From Macrostomum lignano (lineage: Eukaryota), in contig NIVC01001753.1 in assembly GCA_002269645.1 (NCBI GenBank), forward strand, positions 62,001 through 126,000: DNA of 64,000 nt. The letters run 5' to 3'. The translations under genes and the position numbers were made by a program. Position 1 is the stretch's first letter, and each line of letters begins with the position of its first letter. The notes beneath the pieces are model-generated. The model did no database searches. It saw only the letters and a list, made by a program, of their open reading frames with translations, and was not told the origin of the DNA. Below, one piece after another: positions 10,420-22,345 of the stretch.

Positions 10420-10894
10420 AGAAAATTTAGATTTTTTTCAGAGGGTAAGGACCCTGCGCTGATGATTTAAAATCTTTGGGATCTTGTAGTACGTTGCGGA
10501 TTGAATGTGGGGAGAATAATTCAGATTATTTTCTGATTGTTTCGAAGATGCTATGGGTGGATGTTGGTGGATTATCTCAGTATCAGTGAGCATAACAAGT
10601 GTCCACAGTGAGCATAACAGGTATCAGTGGACACCTTCTCTGATTCTGTCAGGGATAATATGGATGGATTTAATGGGATTATGTTCGAAGTTTTCGGAGC
10701 AAGTGCGACCCCCCTTTTTTTCTGATTCTGTCGGGGATAATATGGATGGATTTAATGGGATTATGGAGGAGGTTTTGTGAGCGAGTGCGACCCCCCTTTT
10801 TTTCTGATTCTGTCGGGGATAATATGGATGGATTTACTGGGATTATGGAGGACGTGAAAAATTTTGTCCCAAAAGCCCCCTCATGCCTTCTACT
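10420..10894. repeat. Polinton terminal (TIR) region with about 82-bp internal repeats
   Basis: Homologous in inverted orientation to 20630-21135. Contains repeats of TTCTGATTCTGTC(A/G)GGGATAATATGGATGGATTT. Confidence 0.85.
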
Positions 10895-11283
10895 TACACC
10901 TATTCTTTTCCGATATATATGGAATATACTTCTTGTCCAAGTCCTACGTTTTGAAAACAAAATCACTCGGTGGCGAAAGTAACGCTAAATCAAGTGTTTT
11001 TTAGCGACGAGCATGTTGAGCTGCCGGAACATTCCAGTACAAAAGAGAGAGAAAATCTGCAGAAGACGTGGAAGCGGGTCTACCGCATCGTCAAATGTCT
11101 CGGCAAAAATAGCTCGTACTTATCAGCTGGCTTTGAGAGCTTCGGCTCTCGGGGCCCTAAAAAATAGTGCCCCGAAAAGCGTGCTTTATCTTCTACATAG
11201 CACCAGAGCCAAAAAGTGTTGAATAATGACAGCGACAAAAGTGTTAAATATTGACCGCAAAAAGTGTGGAATAATGGATAAAT

Positions 11284-12486
11284 AATCAGCGGTCCCAGTG
11301 CGTGACAACGATTGCCTGGCGAGTGCCGGTGTTACGGTTTAGAACATCCGGGGCTCCGGCCAGTTTTGGGTCGCCGATCCGGAGACTGCAAACGGGCTGG
11401 GATCTCCGACCGGAGACCTTAAAGGGTGTAAGATCTCCTTCGGAGACTACAAACGGTTATGGGTCTCCGCGATAGGAGATCCATAACCGTTGTGGGATCT
11501 CCAGGGCATGGTCAGGTCTCTCTATCCGGAGATCCTAAACCAGATTCTGTTGTCCCCTCGGAGATTCTGCACCATTTGCCGATCTCCGTCACGAGTGCAA
11601 AAACTAAGGTTTGATTTAGGATCTCCGGTTATCGATCTCCCCCATAATTAATATGTCGAAAATTACCATTTTTAGCTTTTTTGTGCATGGAAACCTTCTC
11701 TTAGCCACTTAACAACGTCAGTAGTTTTTCCATTTTAAGGGATTTTCCAAATGAGGAAGTAGTTTTCTCTGTAGCTCACAAATTTCGCAGCCGCCATGCA
11801 GGGCCATGTCAGGGCAAAATAGCAAGCTTTGGTAAATAAGAGTAAATGTGTTGTCAGTACATTTTCCGCAGTACAATTGTAACAAAAAACTGGATACTCT
11901 TTTCCCTGATAAGCCCGATACTATTAAAAAGTAAGAAAATCCCAAACAAACAATGGGTCATTATACGTCGTATGCCTTCACTGCTTATATACGAGCTAAA
12001 ATTTGCATTTTTCACTTGTCGCGCTCAATGGCTCATTCGGACTTCCGCTGTCAAATTACGCAATCAAATCATTCGACTTAGGAGTACAGTCCAACCTACA
12101 GAAAACAAATCTAACTAAGCCTAAATTTAGCCCCACTTGATTGATGGCTGTGTGAACGGGCCGTATGAACTATATAGATAAACTTATCGAAAAAAGAGTT
12201 GCGCAAGCTAGGCTGCTCACATGCTGGGCTTTTTGAAATCAGAGAAATTTAATATAGCTCTTATTTTCTAAGTTAACAATACTCCGGAGAGTCTAGCATG
12301 GCGGCGATCTCTAACCTTATCTTATGTCATGGTTTCTGATATCCGTGAGGGCGATTGTAAAATCGCGTAATTTTTCATGTTCGATCTCCGGGCCGGAGAT
12401 CCTTTACTCCGGAGAACAGAAACCCTAACAGTGCCGGTAGGCGCGAGCCATAGACAAATCGTTGTCACGTGCTGCGACCGCTGATT
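11284..12486. mobile_element. Non-autonomous TIR element with subterminal GGAGAT/ATCTCC arrays
   Basis: 30-bp IR (27/30 matches) AATCAGCGGTC… / …GACCGCTGATT. Dense GATCTCC/GGAGA motifs at 11370-11645 and 12280-12415. No convincing TSD. Confidence 0.7.
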
Positions 12487-12871
12487 CTTTGCATTGTTTT
12501 TCTGTTTGACGATCCTACAGACAATGCATTGTTTGTAGTAATGGATTGTTCTGCATTAAGAATGTGAATAATGATCGTCAAATTGCTAAACAATGCATTT
12601 TTTTGTATAGCTTGTTGCGTTCTAGTTTGGACTGCGGGCTTTTAATTTGAACACAGAGTTACGCAAAGCCCGGAGAATGCTGGCTAGTCTATGGCACAAA
12701 CCAGAAGCAACTGACGGGCTTTTAAATTCGACAGCGGGCACAAATCTGGAGTCTTTTCCTTCCCCTTTCTCTTGCATGTTTTTTTGCAAAACAACTGATT
12801 GTTCTGACTATGGATTTGAGGGCAGAAATGAGCGAATCCGAGGGCTGCTTCGCTATGTTGTTTCACGATTG

Positions 12872-14744
12872 GCCATAGACTAAAACAGCGGGCACGGAAT
12901 GTCGTTGTGTGCCCGCTGCCCTGAGGATTCGTCTATGTCCAAAGCCCCTAAAGCCTGTTCATACAGCTGCAGTGAAGAGAGACGTTGGAGGCATCGGACT
13001 AGAGCTTAGATTAGCTGCACTGATAGCATATTCTGACGGCAACATGATCAATTTCAGTAAGATAGCAACAGGCGATATTAGTGGCCTGGCTAATTCTGAG
13101 CTGCAGTTTATATCTCGACTGTCCATGCATGTAGAATCAACGGTAGATCAATTCACTGGGCTGCCGGTCCTGGACCACGAGGAGGTCGAAGAATTCCTGA
13201 ATTCCGCTATTGATCCGGAGTGTTCGCTACGAGACTTGGATGCGAAAGAACTTCAAAACATTAAGGACACCGAGGCATCCTCAAGTCGCCTTCGACATTG
13301 GCTACTACTCGGAACCACATTGAACGACTTAAGAAGTTCCTCCGCGAGAAGAAACTGCCTGAGGACATTGAGCGCATGCCACTGCGTTATGTCGACAGCT
13401 ATTTGCGCCTCTGGTAGTAAGTTTGAAAGGAAATCCTGCCGTGGGGACAAAGACATATGCACCGGATACGATCCGGGGCTTCAGAGCCAGCGTGCACAGG
13501 TACATGATTGAGACACGTGCGACTGAAGTCATTGGGAATGAGCAATTTCGCCTGAGCAATGAAACCTACTCGTGCGTCCTGCGTTTGAGTTGCCAGTCGA
13601 GGGAGCGAACCGTTGGAGACCAACGAGGATTCAAGGCCATCACGGATTCCGACTTGTCCCTGCTGAGTGCGTACTTCAACCGAAGGGACCCGGAGCGACT
13701 GCAAGACGAAGTGTTTTTTAACATTGTCTACCACTTTGGCTTCCGAGGTCGAGAATGGATAAGGGACCTGAAGGTATCCTCACTGCGGTTCTGCGAGCAC
13801 GAAGGTGTAGAGTGCATCGACATGGTTCAAACGGGTCCTGAGAAGACTGACTGCGGCAAGTATTCAGCAATGTTCAACCGGAACGCAAACGAGGATGTTC
13901 AGTACTGGTGGCTCAAAGTGTCCAGTTGAGGCAGTGCAACTGTATCTCGCCAAATTCCCACCTGGTGTGGAGGCACTTTTTCCAAAGCCCATAATGGTTC
14001 GAGCTGATTCTGATGTCTGGTACTCGGCCAAGCAGGTCTTGGGGAAGAACACGCTAAATGACATGATGAAGAACATCTCGCGGCGTGCAGGTCTTCAGTT
14101 GGAGTACACGAACCACTGCGTTCGTGTCAGTGTTGTAACCTACTTGGCAGAAGCTGGGCACAGTGTGAGAGAAATCAAGACTGTTACAGGTAACTTGTCT
14201 CCTGTTATGTTAATCATCTAAGTGCTTGTGTACCACCTGCGCCCATTAAATAACAGTTCAGTACCTTGCCCCCTCCCACTTTACCAGGCCATCGCACTGA
14301 TGCTGCAGTTGACCGCTATGTGAAAAGGATTTCTGAGAAGAGGAAACAGCAAATTTCAAATTCGCTTACGAGTGCTCTGCATGGAACTGTGTCGGAGACT
14401 GAGGCCACCTCCTCAAAGCGTATGGTCGTCATTGAGACTTCAGAGGCTAGCAACATCAATCAAAGACCGAACGCTATCCCAGCCGTGAGGCAATCATGCG
14501 ACCCAAACGACCTCAAGCCTACCGCTGTACTGGAAAAGGATGGCGTCCGACTTAGTTTCTTCATTTAGTGGACTATAGACTAACGTGGAGTATTAAAGGA
14601 ACTCATCTGGTCACATGCAGCCATTGCATACGCTATGTATACGTGACATGTCGGTTGTACTTTTAATGCCATGTTGTCCCATGATTTTGCGGGCCGCACG
14701 GCCCACGGAATCGTCAATGTGTGCCCGCGATTTTAGTCTATGGC
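12872..14744 (+). mobile_element. Crypton-like YR element 1 with 24-bp terminal inverted repeats
   Basis: GCCATAGACTAAAACAGCGGGCAC (12872-12895) versus the reverse complement of 14721-14744, GCCATAGACTAAAATCGCGGGCAC, enclosing the YR gene. Confidence 0.8.
13044..14568 (+). pseudogene. Crypton-type (DUF3504-like) tyrosine recombinase, frameshifted, one intron (14190-14287)
   Basis: Catalytic R (FRGRE), HxxR (NHCVR), TG|H (His restored only after splicing) and Y (VDRY). Frame breaks near 13290, 13415 and 13870. Confidence 0.9.
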
Positions 14745-14882
14745 ATTTATTATTAAGCGTAGAAAAAGATAAATTTATCGAAGTAACAGTACATGCTAGC
14801 CAGCATAACAAAAGTACATTTATAAACAATACGTCAATAGCAGAATAGTTCATCAATGCTTCATCAAAAGCCATGCAGCGTT

Positions 14883-15949
14883 AAAGATAGAAGCTGAGTC
14901 TTACACCGTCTTTCTCAAGCACTGTTTGTCTCCTTTACAAATCGATGGATACTAGCCCGAAAGCCACGAATCGTATCCGGTGCATAGGTCTTCGTTCCAA
15001 GCGCAGGATTAGCTCGCAGACTTACGTACCAGAGGCGCAGATAGCCGTCTAAGTAGCTTTCAATGTCATCAAGCAGGTTTTTCTCTCGAAGAAATTTCTT
15101 GAACCGATTAATTTGATTCTTAGTGGTTGCTAAGGTGGATGCCGAATTTGACGACTGTTCAAGTCGTTTGATGTCCTCTAGTTCTTGTACATCTAAGTCG
15201 CGATACGAATCTTCCTGAGTCCGTAGTTCCGCCAAAAACGTTTCCACGTCATTGAGGTCCATGCAGGATTGGCAATCCCGACCACTGATCGACAGACGTC
15301 TTCGCGCTCATGGACGCAGTTTGGACATGAATTCCAATTCAGCACTATCCAAGCCACTAATATCGCCAGTGGCGATTCTATGCAAATTGATCATGCCTCG
15401 TGCTCAATAATTAGTGTTCGTGCTTGTTGACTTCCATATAACGGGTGTCCCAAAAAAGGTAACACTTTGTGCGCTCACTATGAGTGAGCAGTTAGGCCTA
15501 TGGCACAGTAATTTAACAGGTCCACAGTAAACATTTGTAAGTTTTTCCCACAAACATTTGGTTGCGAAAAATTGCTCCAGAGACGAGTTATTGAGCACAG
15601 AAGTGTACGCTAGCTTTTCTGCCAAGCTTTGCCATACACAGCTGCCATAGACAATCTTTTGCTTTAAAAAATCTTAAGGAGCATAGACATAGTATGGCAG
15701 TGTATGGCAAAGCTTGGCAGAAAAGCTAGCGTACACTTCTGTGCTCAATAACTCGCCTCTGGAGCAATTTTTCGCAACCAAATGTTTGTGGGAAAAACTT
15801 ACAAATGTTTACTGTGGACCTGTTAAATTACTGTGCCATAGGCCTAACTGCTCACTCACAGTGAGCGCACAGTGTTACCTTTTTTTGGGACACCCGTTTA
15901 TTGTATTCCCAACGAATGCAAAGTAAATTCTTATTTTATATCTATGGCT
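14883..15949 (-). mobile_element. YR element 2, internal-deletion derivative
   Basis: Starts at ATG 15394 (MINLHRIATGDISGL, cf. MINFSKIATGDISGL). Near 14920 it jumps to the C-terminus VLEKDGVRLSFYL* (cf. VLEKDGVRLSFFI*). Candidate end GCCATAGAT on the minus strand at 15949. Confidence 0.8.
15441..15898. mobile_element. Tc1/mariner-type foldback MITE
   Basis: Near-perfect ~205-bp inverted arms starting ACGGGTGTCCCAAAA, a ~42-bp spacer, and TA on both flanks. Confidence 0.85.
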
Positions 15950-16041
15950 CAGCCATGGTTAAATATACAGACAAGTGAGTCGCAGCCCCAGAGGCTGTTT
16001 TTTTTCTTAGCACAGGAGCGAGTGCACCAACAATACAACAT

Positions 16042-16054
16042 TGGTGGCAGCGGT
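16042..16054 (+). promoter_or_regulatory. Primer-binding site, probably tRNA-Leu
   Basis: TGGTGGCAGCGGT lies one base after an LTR-like end …CAACA (16040). It is complementary to the …ACCGCUGCCACCA 3' end of eukaryotic tRNA-Leu. Confidence 0.75.
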
Positions 16055-16113
16055 AAAAGCGCACTTGGCACGAAAGTGCATCTCCGTTGCAGGAAAGAGG
16101 CGGGACACCAAAG

Positions 16114-19100
16114 ATGAGCCTACTACCTCAGCCATCTCCGTTCGACCCGGAAAAGGATCCATCGAACGTGGCGAAAAGATGGGAGGACTACCTACAGGAA
16201 ATCACGCTGTGGTTGGACGCCTGCGGAATAACAGACGACAAAAGAAAGCGATCTGCATTTCTGCTCTGTGCCGGTGTGAAAGTTCGAAAAATACTAGAAA
16301 ACCTGGACAACACAGGATCTGACTTCAAAACGGCTCAGACCCGACTGGACGAATACTTCAAGGACGGAACAAACGTGGTATACGAAACCTTCAACCTGCT
16401 GCAAATCAGGCAAAAGGAAGGCGAGGCCATTGACTCTTTCCATGGCCGACTGCAGGAAGCAGCGAAATACTGCGACCTCGAGGTATCAACCACTGATGCA
16501 ACAACCAAACTGTCCTATGAAGACCGAATAATTCGCGATCTGGTAGTCCTAAACTGCAACTCAAACAGCCTCAGACGGAAGCTCGTCCAAGAAGGGTCAA
16601 CTCTGACTCTGAAGAGAGCCATCGAAAAAGGAAGATGCTTCGAATCGACGAACAGCCAGAGCGGCGTCATTGAGAAGCACGTCTCCGACCCGAGCACCGT
16701 CAATGCAGTTGGACAGTCAAAAGGACCAAGGAGATTCCCTAAATCGAAGAAAACTGGAATTGACAGCAAGCAGTTTCTTAGAAGAAAGTCCAGTGCTCGC
16801 GATGTCTGTAGCCGCTGTGGAAGAAGCTCACATACAGCAGAAAACTGCTATGCGCGCAACGATACTTGCAAGAAGTGCAATAAGGTGGGACATCATGCCA
16901 AGATGTGCAGAACCAAACTACCAACCAAAAGTAAACTTCAAGTTTACGAAACGAAAGAATCAGGCGTGACTGAATCGTCAGACTCAGAGGAGATTCATCC
17001 GATAGCAAGCGTCAGCGCGAAGAACGGTGCAACAAAGCAAGCTGTCATCAACGGCAGAAAATGCGATGTACTAATTGACTCGGGCTCCAATCTAAATCTA
17101 ATATCCTACAACACAGTTGCTAAAATGGTGAGCCCGGATCAGATTAACTCGAGATCACATATCAAGATTTGGTCGTACGGGGTCAGGACCCCCATCGAAA
17201 CCCAAGGCACAGTACATCTGGAAGTTACTCTCAACGAAAGTACACAGCAAATGAAGTTTCACATAACTCCAGTAAAGGATGCACGCACTATCATCGGATT
17301 TGAGGACGCCTTCAAGCACGGTTTCCTGACATGGGGCTCGGATAAAAGCTGCCTTCACATCGAGAACATTCAGCAGCCAACGCAAGTGATTCTGGAAGAG
17401 TTCAAGGATGTCTTCCGTGGAATAGGAAAACTCAAAGACAGCAAAGTTAAGATTCGCCTGAAGGAGAACGCCAATCCTATTGTTCATCCACCATCGCGTA
17501 TACCAGCACACCTTCACCAGAAACTGCGCGAAGAACTAGAAGGGCAGTTAAGAGAGGACATAATCGAGCCAGTCAAGGGAACTACTGAATGGGTGTCAAG
17601 AATAGTGGCTGTTCCGAAGGCCAACGGTAAATTAAGAGCCACGGTTGATCTCAGAGACCTAAACAAAGCTACTAGGAAGGAGCACTATCCACTGCCCAGC
17701 ATCGACGAACAACTGATTAACGTTGGCGATGCTAAGTACTTCTCCTACTTGGATGGCAATAAAATGTTTCATCAGCTAGAACTGCACGAAGAATCCAGGA
17801 TGCTCACGACATTTTCAACAGGCCTGAAAGACTGGCCACTTATGAGATATAAGAGACTACCAATGGGCTGGGTGAACTCATCGTTTGCACTCCAATCGGA
17901 AATGCATCAAGTTCTTGCTGGCATTTCAGGAGTTCTGAATATCCAGGATGACATCGGGATCTACGGTTGTACTTTGGAAGAGCACAATGACCGCTTGAGA
18001 AAAGTCCTGCAACGACTGAAAGAGAATAACATAACCATCGGGAAGGAAAAGTGCAAGTTTTCAGTGGATAAAATAACCTTCATGGGAATGCTGCTGACTC
18101 GCAAGGGATTGCAAATTGGTGACGAAAAGGTGCAAGCCATTCGGAACTTCAAAGAACCTACAAATCCCAGTGAGGTAAGGTCGTTCATAGGCCTAGTGCA
18201 ATTCGTCTCACGCTTCATCCCTAACTTGGCGACCATCGCAGAACCGATTCAGAAGTTAACCCGAAAGCAAGTCAACTGGAACTGGAGCACAACACAGAAA
18301 GAAGCCTTTGCAGAAATCATCAAACGAACTTCTACCTCAAAAACACTGGCCTACTTCGACACTTCAAAAATAATCGAACTTCGAGTCGACGCTTCACCGG
18401 TGGGTCTCGGAGCTGTTCTAACCCAAACAGACAGTCGAGGCACCATCAGTCCGGTATGCTACGCAAGCAGGACGCTAAGTGACGTCGAAAGAAGGTACAG
18501 CCAGACAGAGCGCGAGGCATTAGCAATAAAATGGGCGTGTGAAAAGTTCCAGATCTATCTACTGGGCGCTCCAAAATTCACGGTTATTACTGATCACAAG
18601 CCACTGCTTGGTTGTTTTCGCCCAGGTTCCAAACCGCCTCCGAGAATCGAGAGATGGGCGATGCGCCTCCAGCACTTCAATTTCAAATTAAAGTACGAAC
18701 CAGGAGAGGCAAACGAGGCAGACTACTTATCCAGACAACCGATAAACGTGGAGAACCCCAAATATCAAGTGCCAAGGCAGACGAACATCTCATCCAGCAA
18801 ATTTCTACAGAAGCTCAATATTGGGGAATCTCTAAAAGTGACATTGAGAAGGATTCGAAAGATGACCCGTGGATTCAATCAGCTTTGAGATCGCTACAAA
18901 CGGGGCACTGGAGTAAATCCAACACGTATTACAACGTCAGAAGCCAACTTTCCAGCACAAATGGAGTCCTGTTGTACCAAAACCGCTATGTAGTTCCGAG
19001 AAAGTCTGTTATGGCAGTGTTAGAGACAATGCACGAAGGGCATCTGGGAATCACCAAAATCACGGAGCGGCTGAAAAGATGCGTTTGGTGGCCTCTGATG

Positions 19101-19244
19101 GCAGAAGATGTACAGAACTTCGTATCATCATGTGAAAGTTGCTCAAGAGCACTTCCGGAAATGAGAAAACCACCAATCATTCCGACGGAGCTACCAGAAG
19201 GAGCCTGGAAGCTAATAGGTACCGATCTAAAAGGACCTCTTTAT
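16114..19244 (+). mobile_element. Ty3/Gypsy gag-pol, 3'-truncated inside the integrase
   Basis: Two CCHC knuckles, protease LIDSGS, RT IQDD, RNase H VDASPVGLGAVL/EREALA. Frameshift near 18760, then the integrase HHCC; breaks after IGTDLKGPL. Confidence 0.95.
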
Positions 19245-20629
19245 GCCATAGACAAAATCTGCGGGCAAAACACTGACGATTCCTTAGGCCGTCTTGCCCG
19301 CGAAATCGTGAGACAACTTAGAATTGAAGCTATACTTAAGCGAGGACGTTTCATTTTACAAAGCAGAGCAGAGCGGAGAGAGCCAAACTAAAAATGGAGG
19401 CACCACAGGTTGTGCACTTAATAAATTATCAGCATCTTCCGGTTGACAGTCTCAATGGTTTCACACGCGAGGAATTGGATTTCGTTGCCGAGTTGTCCGG
19501 GATCGACTGCCGTAGGGACGAATTAGTGAGCGATTTTATCTCCTTCATTGAACGCTCTCTGGGCGAAGATGTGTCAGCTATTCCTATTCCCGACCTACCA
19601 GCCGATTTCGATCAATAACTCAAAGAGCTAGACGACGCAGAAATTGCTGGTCTTCCTGCGAGTAGTCGTAAGCAGATGTTTGAGCATGGAGAAAGGCTGG
19701 TTGAATTCTTGAACAGCCGTGGTTTAAACGCCAATCTTGGTAACTTTAATGACGCCACTCTGAATCAATACCTGCGCATCTAAAGACAAAGGAAGGCCGC
19801 GGTTATTCACCTTCTTCGCTAGTTTGCATTCGTGCTGGAATACAACGATACTTGAATATTGTAGTGAAACGCAGGACCAACTTAGTTGCTAGCGGAACTC
19901 CTTTCGACGGTTCCAATCGCATGTTACAGTACAAAGTCCGGGAATACATTCAGTCTGGACAATCTACACAGAGCTTCGATCCATTTGAAGAAGGCGATGT
20001 GTTGACGCTTCGGGCTTTTTTCGATCGCAGTGACGCTGAGCGGCTACAATACGAAGTTATGTTTGAGTTGCTATACCAATTGGGCGAGCTTGGTCAGGAA
20101 CATTTAAAGTACTTTCTGACGAAGAAGCCTCTGATTCGCCGCGTCGATGCGGATGGCAGATCCTACGCTTGTCTGCCTCTGCTACCGTCCAAGAACCGCC
20201 GAGCTGAACTGGACTCTGCTGCAGTAGCAGACGATAAACACGCAAGGATGTATGACACCAAACTTCTGGATTTGTACGAGGCATCAATTCCTACGAATTG
20301 TGAATCGTTTTTACCGCGGCCGATAAAGTCTACGTCGGAGAAAAAGTTTAATTTCTCAACGAATGCGCATCGCGGATACAGATTTCTGCAAGAATTTATG
20401 TCCAATCTGTCTGAGAAAGCCAAGCTAAGCAAACGATACACGAATCACTGCTTCAGGTAATCTTGAACTACGATAAAATAGTACTACAGAATAATAGAAG
20501 CAGGAGTAAGCAAAAATAACGGTACTAAATATATTTGCATTCAAAAACGATTTTTTTCCAGAGTGACGCGAATTTGTGACCTGGATTCTTGTGGTCAAAG
20601 CGTTCACGACATTATGCTAGTAACTGGGC
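19245..20629 (+). mobile_element. YR element 3 (divergent family), gene from 19394, intron 20457-20561, cut by the Polinton
   Basis: End motif GCCATAGACAAAATCTGCGGGC. Motifs KTKEGRGYSPSSL and DAERLQYEVMF. After splicing it reads NHCFR-VTRICDLDSCGQSVHDIMLVTG|. Confidence 0.85.
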
Positions 20630-21138
20630 AGTAGAATGCATGAGGGGGCTTCTGGGACAATTTTTTTAACGTCCTCCATAATCCCATTAAATCCATCTAT
20701 ATTATCCCCGACAGAATCAGAAAAAAAGGGGTCGCACTTGCTCCAAAAACTTCGAACATAATCCCATTAAATCCATCCATATTATCCCTGACAGAATCAG
20801 AGCATAACAGGTGTCCTACTTGCTCCGAAAACTTCGAACATAATCCCATTAAATCCATCCATATTATCCCTGAATCAGAAAAAAGAGGGTCGCACTTGCT
20901 CCGAAAACGTCATCCATAATCCTCCTAACCTATCCTCCTTCCTCCCTGACAGAATCAGAGCATAACAGGTGTCCTACATAATCCACTGACATCCACCCAT
21001 AGCATCTTCGAAACATTCAGAAAATAATCTGCATTCTTCTCCCCACATTCAATTCGCAACGCGAAACCAGATCCCTAAGACTTTAAATCATCAGCGCAGG
21101 GTCCTTACCATTTGAAAAAATCTAAATTTTCTCTAAAA

Positions 21139-21312
21139 ATGCTTCCAATCGTCTCTCCAGGTTCTTATTACAAAGCGCATGAGCCTAATTACAAGAGTAA
21201 GTACCAATGCAAACTAGAATGCAGCGAGTACATGAGAAAATATTGGCCCAGCGTTTATATCAATGTCCCTAATAATAATCAAGCTCTGTACAGAGAAGTC
21301 TCACCCCGGTGA
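21139..21312 (+). CDS. Small subterminal ORF, unknown
   Basis: 57 aa with an AAAAATG start context like other Polinton genes. Confidence 0.35.
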   Translation: MLPIVSPGSYYKAHEPNYKSKYQCKLECSEYMRKYWPSVYINVPNNNQALYREVSPR

Positions 21313-21534
21313 GACTTCAGTTCTCACCCCCTCAGTGTAGCTCAGTGTACGATAGAACTTAGGCGTGTGAAAGTACTAACATTTAAAAATGGCCTCACTG
21401 GTAGCTATTCTAAGCGTTCTCATTGGTTGATAAGATTATACAAAAGAGAGAGTGGAAATGACTTGTTACTAAAAATAACTCAAGACTGCTAATGCGATCG
21501 TATTTCAAATTGGCTAAGTCATAACCCGTAACCG

Positions 21535-22173
21535 TCACTGTCTCCACGTCGCCGCATCCGCCTGGTAGCGCACCTCGTCCCGAATGAGCTTCATATTTTC
21601 CAGAACGAAGCTAACTGGTACGGCGCAGCGTTGTAGGGCCGGAAATTCTGTCAATAAGTCGTACACTCTCAACTTCTTGTCCAAAGTCTGCCTCGATACT
21701 TGTAGATTAAGCCGTCGAATTATATTCCGAACCGACTTTAGTGTACATTTGAGTCGGTGAATGATGGAGCTGATGTAAAATGACACAAATAATGTGCGCT
21801 TATCGTAAAAAGTCTCATGTTGAAATAATTCCGCCAGCATGTTCTGTACAGTGGGTAGAACAGTGGGTAGATGACGAAAGTTCAACGCGCGCATACTTTC
21901 CTCGATCACTGATAGCTCCCTTGTTGGCGCTTGAACTTCGACTCCATACGAAGCACGAAGGCGCTGGAAAACAGCAGCTACTCGCGCTTCGTAGGCGGAA
22001 ATATCGCGTTGGGTTTGTCCTTCCATGCGAGCCAAATCGTGTTGTATTTTCTCCTCTTTGAAATTTTCAAACAATTGTTGGAGTCCATCTCTCTGCTCTA
22101 AAGGTATTAAATTAATCAAATCGTTCACAAATGCGTTAAGTCGAGCGGTTCTAACTGTAATTCTTTCAGCCAT
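21535..22173 (-). CDS. Orphan helical protein in the copy 2 variable slot
   Basis: Intact ~212-aa ORF (MAERITVRTARL…). No counterpart in copy 1. Confidence 0.7.
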   Translation of the reverse strand: MAERITVRTARLNAFVNDLINLIPLEQRDGLQQLFENFKEEKIQHDLARMEGQTQRDISAYEARVAAVFQRLRASYGVEVQAPTRELSVIEESMRALNFRHLPTVLPTVQNMLAELFQHETFYDKRTLFVSFYISSIIHRLKCTLKSVRNIIRRLNLQVSRQTLDKKLRVYDLLTEFPALQRCAVPVSFVLENMKLIRDEVRYQADAATWRQ

Positions 22174-22345
22174 TGCGTTTTCTAATAGCAATTGAGTGAA
22201 GAGGGCTGGCTGGCTTCCGCCTTTACTTAAAAACCGTCATGTAGGGTTTGAGGTGGTAGTGGTTGCTGGGCCTTGGTTATGCGCAGTTCAGTTCAGACGT
22301 GGCTAAAAATATGCTAAATCATGCTAGCTAAAATCGTATATAGTA

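Larger units (their letters stand above)
1..10894. mobile_element. Polinton/Maverick (adintovirus-like) element copy 1, right portion; left part is outside the window
   Basis: Clustered ATPase, adenain protease, pPolB, integrase and PLA2 genes. The terminus ...CTTCTACT at 10894 (reverse complement AGTAGAAG) is where homology with copy 2 stops. Candidate TSD TACACC at 10895-10900 cannot be verified. Confidence 0.93.

Noticed and set aside
12447-12695. A further GCCATAGAC…GTCTATGGC mini-element
   Set aside because: Only 9 bp match, there is no N7-GCGGGC, and it would overlap the 30-bp TIR of the 11284-12486 element. Left unresolved.
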